The notes under the pieces are model-generated. The model searched no databases and was not told the origin of the DNA. It saw nothing but the letters and a program-made list of their open reading frames with translations. Position numbers and translations under genes: made by a program. This document shows, in pieces, positions 15,291 through 20,933 of a DNA stretch of 20,933 bases. The stretch lies in sequence record NC_006556.1. One strand, 5' to 3'. Position 1 is the first letter of the stretch, and every line of letters begins with the position of its first letter.

Positions 15291-16010
15291 ATGACTCCTA
15301 GAAATAAACGGTTGTTGGCCGCGGCGTTGGCCATAATAGCGATACTGGCCATAGCGGCCTTTCTACTAATGGGCGCCTCAAAGGGCGGTGGGATACCCAC
15401 ACAGCAACCCACCACCACTACTACCTCTCCTCCCCCAGCATATACCGACGTGTATCCTACCGTGTCCCCCCCTAATAGTGTGAGCGGTATCTATATTGAT
15501 AGTGGGAGGTTTACGTGTGATGGCACTACATGTACTCTGACCGTTTCGGGCTATGGGACCTTTGTATCAATCGTGGCCTATAGCGCTAGGCCTCTGTCTT
15601 CCGCTAACGCCACGGTTGGTCCGGCCTACATAACCGTTGGGAACTACCGCATATGGCTATTCGGCTATATAGCCACCTCTCTGGCCAACTATTCGGATAC
15701 GGCGTTTAGCGTGTACGTCTTTCCGGCTTTGAAATGCGGCTATATCTACTACCCCAAAGTGGGCGCCAGCATAGCGTTGGCCGTATTTAATGACACCAAC
15801 TACTGGGTCGTAGTCCCCACGAATAGTCCCGGCACATGCGCCCTTCCGGGCCACATAATAACCGTTGACAATACAAACGCGGTGGCGTTTGTAGACGGGA
15901 CCTCTACTACGATATCGATAGGCACGCTTCCCAAATCGGTCAGCGGCGTGGCCTATGCCTATATGGTGTCTATATCGCAAAGCGGGAGGTACGCGATTCA
16001 GTTCTCATAA
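15291..16010 (+). CDS. Membrane-anchored beta-rich glycoprotein, paralog of the 5710 and 16363 genes
   Basis: Signal-anchor, PTQQPTTTTTSPPP linker, CDGTTCTLTVSG motif, C-terminal GRYAIQFS. Confidence 0.8.
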   Translation: MTPRNKRLLAAALAIIAILAIAAFLLMGASKGGGIPTQQPTTTTTSPPPAYTDVYPTVSPPNSVSGIYIDSGRFTCDGTTCTLTVSGYGTFVSIVAYSARPLSSANATVGPAYITVGNYRIWLFGYIATSLANYSDTAFSVYVFPALKCGYIYYPKVGASIALAVFNDTNYWVVVPTNSPGTCALPGHIITVDNTNAVAFVDGTSTTISIGTLPKSVSGVAYAYMVSISQSGRYAIQFS

Positions 16011-16040
16011 TTAATATAAATACCTAACATGTTTTTCTAC

Positions 16041-16346
16041 ATGCTCAGACATTTGGATTTGGCGTTAGACATGATTGCTGTATTTGGGTTGGCGCTTATC
16101 CTACTGTCGTACATAATGCCGGTGTCCCATATGAATGACATAATCGCGGGCACAATAGCCGTAGTGGCGATAGATTTGGTGGTGTCTTTGGGCATGCCTA
16201 GTGACGCAGTTGAGGACGCGTTTGCCCTTATAGCCATGTTGGCCGCGGTGTTTGGTTTCTATCCGCCCCTAATGTATATGATTGCGTTGTTGATAAAGGC
16301 GTACGATATTCATGAGGACGCCAAAGGCCTAAAATATATAATCTAA
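16041..16346 (+). CDS. Small multi-pass membrane protein
   Basis: Three to four hydrophobic segments; start moved from 16029 to 16041 by TATA spacing (16011-16020). Confidence 0.7.
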   Translation: MLRHLDLALDMIAVFGLALILLSYIMPVSHMNDIIAGTIAVVAIDLVVSLGMPSDAVEDAFALIAMLAAVFGFYPPLMYMIALLIKAYDIHEDAKGLKYII

Positions 16347-16362
16347 CCTCACGTTTTTTCCC

Positions 16363-17073
16363 ATGTTTAGGTGGTTCCCGGCGTTAATACTGGCTTTTGT
16401 ATTCACCGTAGGCATCACGATAATCATAGTGGCCAATTTGACGGCCACAACTGGCGCGGCCCCCTCAACGCCAACTGGGATTTCGGTGTACCCAACGTCC
16501 AGCGTCACGAATCCCGCCAGCGCGGTCTGGATAACCGATAAGGCGTCGTGTAGTGGGACTACGTGTACCCTATCGATATCCGGCCCAACGGGCGGGGTCA
16601 TGACGATAGTCTACGACACGACCAAACCGACCACCAACGCAACCCTATCTGCGGCATGTGTGCCCGTGCCGGGACTCAACACCACTATATACCTATTCGG
16701 AATCGCGTCTACGGGCCTATACAACCAAACCCTCACGGCCTCAAGCGGAAGCATAACCGTGGAACTACACAGCACCTACGGCTATCTTTACTACAACGTA
16801 AGCAACACCATAGTTGGCGTGCCTCTATCGGTGACTTTGGCCTCTACGACATATGTGGCGGTCCCAACCGCCCCAGCGTCTTTGCCTAGTGGAAGCGCCA
16901 AGTACTGGGTCTTGGTGAATAATGACAACGGCATGTACTACATATATTCGGGCGGGATTTTGGCGGCCTACGGCTATGTGGCCAATTGTACTATACCCAC
17001 AATACCCAGCGGCGTCATGATGGGCTTCCGCGTATACATGCCGGGAGTAGGCACATATACCCTATCTGGATAA
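16363..17073 (+). CDS. Exported beta-rich glycoprotein: RxPIPL-type signal fused to the GTTCTL domain
   Basis: MFRWFPALILAFVFTVG|ITIIIV; CSGTTCTLSISG; C-terminal GTYTLSG. Confidence 0.8.
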   Translation: MFRWFPALILAFVFTVGITIIIVANLTATTGAAPSTPTGISVYPTSSVTNPASAVWITDKASCSGTTCTLSISGPTGGVMTIVYDTTKPTTNATLSAACVPVPGLNTTIYLFGIASTGLYNQTLTASSGSITVELHSTYGYLYYNVSNTIVGVPLSVTLASTTYVAVPTAPASLPSGSAKYWVLVNNDNGMYYIYSGGILAAYGYVANCTIPTIPSGVMMGFRVYMPGVGTYTLSG

Positions 17074-17074
17074 T

Positions 17075-17893
17075 ATGGCCATGAGGTGGCCAATCCCGCT
17101 TATAGTGGCCTTGGCTTTGGTGTCAGCTGTGACGTTGACTATAACCTACACCTATCAATTCTACGCGCCAGATATCGTGGGAAGCGCGGTTCCCTATACG
17201 GCCTCTGGCGCGTCTAACGGCTATTTGGCTGGGGGCATGGGATACATATTCATATATGTCAACGGGACGTATCCCAATCCGTACCTCATGACGTGGAATC
17301 CCGGCCCCAATCCGGCCATATCTACGTCGGGCCCCAGCTATCCATTTCCGGCCGTGATATACATGCCGAATCCGGTCAACGCCACAATCCAAGTCCCCAA
17401 CTCTAGGTGTTCTTCCGGTTACGACTACATATTGACCTACTACTATCCGGCTTACGGCATAGTCGTAGTGAAATACGCGCTATGTGGCCAATTCGATTAC
17501 GCGTTTGTCGGCTATCCTATCCAAGGCCACCCGGGTTACTACACCACTCTGACCGGCGTTGATCCATGTAACCAAGCGTGGTCGTATATTGTTGCCGCGC
17601 CAGACCCATTTGGGTACTATCCGGACGTATTACACAGCTATAGCGTGTCGTCTTCCGGCATAACGTTCACTTTCGATTTGGTTCAGCAACTCACTACCGG
17701 CGTCCAGTGTTATAGGGGCGATAAGACCCTCACGTATTCGTTCAGCGCGCCCAGCATATACGGCCTAAAGACTTGGCCGTTTGTATACAGCTATGGCGGG
17801 ATTCAATTCGCCCTATATCAACCCATATGGTTCTACGTGGGCGCAACGGGGTCCTATTCGGTTAATGCCACCTATATACCCTCTTGGTCCTAA
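17075..17893 (+). CDS. Exported beta-rich Tyr/Pro-rich protein, RxPIPL-signal family
   Basis: MAMRWPIPLIVALALVSA|VTLTITYTYQFY; four Cys. Confidence 0.8.
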   Translation: MAMRWPIPLIVALALVSAVTLTITYTYQFYAPDIVGSAVPYTASGASNGYLAGGMGYIFIYVNGTYPNPYLMTWNPGPNPAISTSGPSYPFPAVIYMPNPVNATIQVPNSRCSSGYDYILTYYYPAYGIVVVKYALCGQFDYAFVGYPIQGHPGYYTTLTGVDPCNQAWSYIVAAPDPFGYYPDVLHSYSVSSSGITFTFDLVQQLTTGVQCYRGDKTLTYSFSAPSIYGLKTWPFVYSYGGIQFALYQPIWFYVGATGSYSVNATYIPSWS

Positions 17894-17904
17894 CCCCTTT
17901 TTTC
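17894..17904 (+). terminator. C-tract/T-tract terminator
   Basis: TAA-CCCC-TTTTTT-C. Confidence 0.6.
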
Positions 17905-17939
17905 GCAAAGCAATAAAATATCTGTGCGATACCTACCTC

Positions 17940-18254
17940 ATGGAGGTGAAAATGGAGAGGGCCATGAGGGAAATAGCTTTGGCTATAGTCAAGACCATAG
18001 AGGGGGCCAGAGGGCGGACGGTGTGTTTCCGTATTAGGGGGTTAAAGAGGTACGCAGAAATAAGTGGCGTGGGGATATTGCTGGTGCACGAGTTCTTTAA
18101 GGCGATTGAGCCGCATGCGGTTTTCACAAAGGCCGGGTCGGGTAAGCGGAAGATCATAGTCTGCGTGCCCAGAGAGGTCGTTGAGGGCTATCTTGAGACA
18201 TATCGCAAATCCGGCGTAGAGGGGCTAATACAGGTGCTGTGGCCTAGGAAATGA
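17940..18254 (+). CDS. Basic protein, possibly winged-helix DNA-binding
   Basis: Start is ATG 17940 (leaderless) or 17952 (SD GGAGGTG at 17942-17948). The ORF-track start at 17781 overlaps the upstream gene and its terminator. Confidence 0.7.
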   Translation: MEVKMERAMREIALAIVKTIEGARGRTVCFRIRGLKRYAEISGVGILLVHEFFKAIEPHAVFTKAGSGKRKIIVCVPREVVEGYLETYRKSGVEGLIQVLWPRK

Positions 18255-18535
18255 GCGCCATATCGTGGTCACGCCACGGTAAGTACTGGACGCTCACTTG
18301 GTGTTGTGATAAGACGGTGGTTACTGCGGTTGGTGACGACTCGATAGAGACACTCTACATATTGAGGGACGGCGATTATCTGCATTTGATATATATCAAT
18401 AATAATAAGGAGATACGCGATTTATACGTCTTGGCCAAGCCGGCCTATATCAACACCATAGTGGACAAATACACGACGTTGCGGTCACTACTTGAGGCCG
18501 TAAAGGACGAATTCCCGGTTGTGGCTATAGGCTGA
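18251..18535 (+). CDS. Hypothetical protein (94 aa)
   Basis: ATGA coupling; its stop codon TGA forms the first bases of repeat copy C. Confidence 0.75.
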   Translation: MSAISWSRHGKYWTLTWCCDKTVVTAVGDDSIETLYILRDGDYLHLIYINNNKEIRDLYVLAKPAYINTIVDKYTTLRSLLEAVKDEFPVVAIG

Positions 18536-18602
18536 GCCACGTTACTACGGCGTATTTTTCTACAAACCTATTTTCTCCCCTTTACATTATCCAGGGGCAG
18601 CA
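18533..18602 (+). repeat. Dispersed intergenic repeat, copy C
   Basis: 65/70 identical to 12067-12136, with the first 35 nt exact. Confidence 0.95.
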
Positions 18603-18627
18603 CCTTGGCTAATGTCAACCGGTATCA

Positions 18628-18646
18628 TTTATATATCCGTGATATC
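18628..18646 (+). promoter_or_regulatory. Promoter with GTGATATC box
   Basis: TTTATATA-TCC-GTGATATC, with ATG 18657 29 nt after the TATA start. Confidence 0.6.
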
Positions 18647-18656
18647 ATGGGTATAC

Positions 18657-18974
18657 ATGGTGGTGGTCGGGTCCCCAATCAAAATAAACCAACTCCCGGC
18701 GGAAAAAGTACGTGAGCTAGTCAGAAAGGCGATATGTACGGCCATGCGAAACACCAAATCGCGCTTCATAACGTTCACCTANAACGCCATAGAAAAGGAA
18801 CTACNAAAAATGGGGTTCACCTCTGGGACGGGCGTAGTGAGGTCAATACTGACCGGCCTAATGGCTGAATTCGGCTTTACCCTAGTGGAAAAACATAAGC
18901 GGAACTACGGCTATGTGTATCGCTGGGGCGTGACGAAAGAAAGGCTGGAAGAATTGTGTAGAGACATATGGTGA
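18657..18974 (+). CDS. Putative winged-helix DNA-binding protein
   Basis: Helix, strand FITFT, NAIEKEL..GF, VVRSIL..LM helix, then a wing (FTLVEK..YVYRW). Codon TAN at 18780-18782 is ambiguous (Tyr or stop). Confidence 0.6.
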   Translation: MVVVGSPIKINQLPAEKVRELVRKAICTAMRNTKSRFITFTXNAIEKELXKMGFTSGTGVVRSILTGLMAEFGFTLVEKHKRNYGYVYRWGVTKERLEELCRDIW

Positions 18975-19240
18975 GGAGTTTTTATAGTCCCAATATGGTC
19001 ATGAAGGCCGAAAAAATCGCCCAAATCCTCAATCAAAGGCTGGGGAGGCATATAGGCGAAATAAAGGTTACGGCCAAAGAGGCCGGCGCGTATACTATAT
19101 ACCGTGCTGAGGCGAAAGGCCATGTCGTGGTGGTGTACGACTCTGGCTGTGACGACGAAATGTTGGCGAACATAATAGGGGCGTTGCTGTCGGATATGGT
19201 GCTTTCCGGCGAAAAATACAGAAACGTGGTGTGCCCATGA
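18968..19240 (+). CDS. Hypothetical protein (90 aa)
   Basis: Overlaps the upstream stop; ATGA overlap downstream. Confidence 0.7.
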   Translation: MVRSFYSPNMVMKAEKIAQILNQRLGRHIGEIKVTAKEAGAYTIYRAEAKGHVVVVYDSGCDDEMLANIIGALLSDMVLSGEKYRNVVCP

Positions 19241-19428
19241 TGGAGATAGTCGTGTTTCTGGCGCTAATGATGGCGTTGGCAATCGCCATGGCATATGCCT
19301 ACTATTGGTGGGTGTACGTAGTCGTAAAGCGCGCCACACATGACGATTATGTGGCCCACGCAGTTGCGCTATATCAATTCACCGAATATCTGGCCGGCAA
19401 CCAAAGGCGTCTATACGACGACGATTAA
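19237..19428 (+). CDS. Small single-pass membrane protein (63 aa)
   Basis: ATGA coupling; N-terminal TM helix and acidic tail. Confidence 0.65.
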   Translation: MMEIVVFLALMMALAIAMAYAYYWWVYVVVKRATHDDYVAHAVALYQFTEYLAGNQRRLYDDD

Positions 19429-19522
19429 ATCTATTTTTCGGAAATCCCCTTTTTCTGGCTTTATATATCCGCTAAATCGATATCACACAGATAGGTTTAT
19501 ATACCCGGGGTTTCCTATTATC

Positions 19523-20002
19523 ATGCAGACGCAAAGTCAAGCCCAGATAAGGAAGGTTGAGAAAATGTGTGTGTCGGAAGTTGACCAAATAGAGGCGCTT
19601 AGGGAGTTCTATGTACGGTTGCGGCCGATTAGGGCGATATTGGTGACGTTTGACGGCACGCGTGTTGACTGTGAGCAAACGTTGATAGACCGCATAAGTT
19701 TCTACGCGTTGGGGAAGCCGGCGTACATAATATACGTGGCTGAGGCGCCCACGTATTTCAACGATAAGGAGGGTGCTGAGAGGCTCATAAGGACGCGCGT
19801 GGTTCATGTGCTGGACAGAGACCTAGACGTCATGGCGGTGTATCTAACCGTTAATGGCGAAATTGTTGGCGTTAAGACGTACAAAGAAATGCCGGCACAC
19901 ATAAGTGCCGCGGCTGAGGATTTGGCCAAATACGACGCTTGGGAAAGCCTAACATGTCGTGAGGTCCTTATAGAAAAGTACTACGGCAAAGAAGAAGAGT
20001 AG
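19523..20002 (+). CDS. Hypothetical protein (159 aa)
   Basis: TTTATATA at 19496-19503 lies 27 nt before ATG 19523; the ORF-track extension to 19340 is rejected. Confidence 0.75.
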   Translation: MQTQSQAQIRKVEKMCVSEVDQIEALREFYVRLRPIRAILVTFDGTRVDCEQTLIDRISFYALGKPAYIIYVAEAPTYFNDKEGAERLIRTRVVHVLDRDLDVMAVYLTVNGEIVGVKTYKEMPAHISAAAEDLAKYDAWESLTCREVLIEKYYGKEEE

Positions 20003-20008
20003 ACTAAA

Positions 20009-20023
20009 TCCTCCTTTTTTTCC
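20009..20023 (+). terminator. Pyrimidine-tract terminator
   Basis: TCCTCC-TTTTTTT-CC after stop 20002. Confidence 0.6.
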
Positions 20024-20157
20024 GTTACATATTTTCGCCGCGTCTGTATATAGCTGTGATACCTAGGCGGGAAATTTTTGGGCCAGTCCCGCCAGCATTT
20101 GGCGGCCACTAGGCGTGTTTTTTCGGCGTAAGGTGTTTTTATACCTCTAATAAGGTC

Positions 20158-20706
20158 ATGAAGTCCAAAACTCAAACCCAAACCGGGAAAAACACCTCTT
20201 TTAACAAAGAGGTTGAGCGTATAAGGCACAGCGTGACCGTGCTGGGTGAGGCGGTTAGGAAATGTGGCTATGTAGACGTAAAGGTTCTGGACAACTACGT
20301 GGTTGTGACGTTTTCAAAGATATATTATGAGGACGTGGACTACTGGGCGGCTAACATAGCTTCTAATCCTAGACAGTTTGTGACTTTAATAAAGAGGCGT
20401 ATAGAGGCCGCACGCTTTAGGGTTAGACACCCGGGCGTGACTATTTCGACGCCTTGGGGCCCCATTATAGGTCGCTGGAAGACAAAGGTAGTAAAGGACA
20501 GATTATGTCCCGGGATCACTAGGCGTTATTTGTACGTGGGGCTACATGTTGCGATACCTAGGAAATTGGCGGAAGCGTACACCGACGCTTTCTACGCCTC
20601 TATTAATCCAGAGGATAGGACGGCGTTTATGAGCACAGCGGAATGGAGGATACTGAGGGCCTATGTCAAAGGTATACTTGAAGCGGCTAATTATACTTGC
20701 AATTAA
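20158..20706 (+). CDS. Basic hypothetical protein (182 aa)
   Basis: TATA-like TTTTTATA at 20136-20143; Lys/Arg-rich alpha/beta protein with no firm family. Confidence 0.75.
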   Translation: MKSKTQTQTGKNTSFNKEVERIRHSVTVLGEAVRKCGYVDVKVLDNYVVVTFSKIYYEDVDYWAANIASNPRQFVTLIKRRIEAARFRVRHPGVTISTPWGPIIGRWKTKVVKDRLCPGITRRYLYVGLHVAIPRKLAEAYTDAFYASINPEDRTAFMSTAEWRILRAYVKGILEAANYTCN

Positions 20707-20933
20707 ACTCTTTTGCTTTATACGCGTAAAAGGTCTTCTTTACGTTTTTCCCAGCAATTTTTACGTTTATGCAGTTTCGGCGGGCCTCGACAACGGCGTG
20801 GTTAAAATGTTTAAAGGGGCCGCTTAACTTTTGAACATGCGGAATAAACCTAGGCAAAGCATGCCGTTCCACTCCCAATATATATGTAATATTAATGATG
20901 CCGTTCTATTCTCTATATTTTTGTGATATTTGG

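Larger units (their letters stand above)
1..20933. mobile_element. Near-complete archaeal dsDNA virus genome, probably Globuloviridae (TTSV1-like)
   Basis: Dense, mostly plus-strand small genes; archaeal TATA boxes about 27 nt before start codons; many membrane and exported proteins with N-glycosylation sequons; a single SF3-type ATPase; no housekeeping genes. The length match to TTSV1 is recalled, not verified. Confidence 0.85.

Noticed and set aside
5635-18602. Repeats as a CRISPR array, MITE or evidence of genome triplication
   Set aside because: The copies are 6.5 kb apart with no spacers, no terminal inverted repeats or target-site duplication, and genes at equivalent offsets are unrelated.
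2914-18805. Ten ambiguous bases (six in the transporter gene) as a hypervariable or diversity-generating region
   Set aside because: They are spread over all codon positions with no template repeat or reverse transcriptase; most simply low-quality reads. N18782 does matter, because TAN could be a stop.
17781-19522. Long N-terminal extensions given by the ORF track (starts at 17781, 18612, 19340)
   Set aside because: They run through upstream genes, terminators or promoters; TATA and SD spacing point to starts at 17940/17952, 18657 and 19523.
249-20229. Numerous 60-157 aa antisense or out-of-frame ORFs in the track (e.g. 249-515, 756-959, 2767-2949, 8948-9220, 12094-12471, 15657-15980, 18911-19339, 19472-19807)
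   Set aside because: Shadow ORFs lying within better-supported genes, without promoters, coupling or plausible composition.
71-20801. AACGGCGTGG at both ends (71-80 and 20792-20801), and ATGCCGTTC twice (20861, 20898)
   Set aside because: Short, in direct orientation and without extended flanking similarity; close to chance.
20687-20878. 63-aa minus-strand ORF at the right end
   Set aside because: TTG start without a well-spaced promoter or SD and no motif; it cannot be excluded but is unsupported.
1-20933. Terminal inverted repeats expected for a linear globulovirus genome
   Set aside because: The reverse complement of the right end does not align with the left end; the termini are probably missing from this sequence.

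Overview
The window is essentially a whole small linear archaeal virus genome: about 36 tightly packed genes plus a few micro-ORFs, only three of them on the minus strand. Most transcripts look leaderless, with a TATA box 25-29 nt before the start codon. I see no polymerase, integrase, tRNA or CRISPR array. Gene content and length suggest a globulovirus of Thermoproteales; from memory, and not checked here, the 20,933-bp length matches the Thermoproteus tenax spherical virus 1 (TTSV1) entry. Functions recognisable from motifs are an SF3/D5-type helicase whose C-terminal domain is duplicated as the next gene, a degenerate Na+/Ca2+ exchanger (CaCA) homolog, a thioredoxin-fold CPAC protein, a CPBP/Abi intramembrane protease, a divergent SipW/Sec11-type signal peptidase, a Zn-finger protein, wHTH-like proteins, and about nine exported beta-rich proteins, most of them rich in N-glycosylation sequons. 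The best candidate for an undescribed system is a virus-encoded fibre-maturation pathway. Five paralogs share a fixed-length signal peptide (R-x-P-I-P-L-I-L-A ... V/T-x-A/G | V/I) followed by a beta-branched N-terminal strand, next to the virus's own SipW-like peptidase, which recalls the TasA/SipW and Pyrobaculum bundling-pilus arrangement. Also notable are a 60-85 bp non-coding repeat in three copies spaced 6457 and 6466 bp apart and a promoter-associated GTGATATC motif. Functional calls come from reading motifs by eye, not from database searches.
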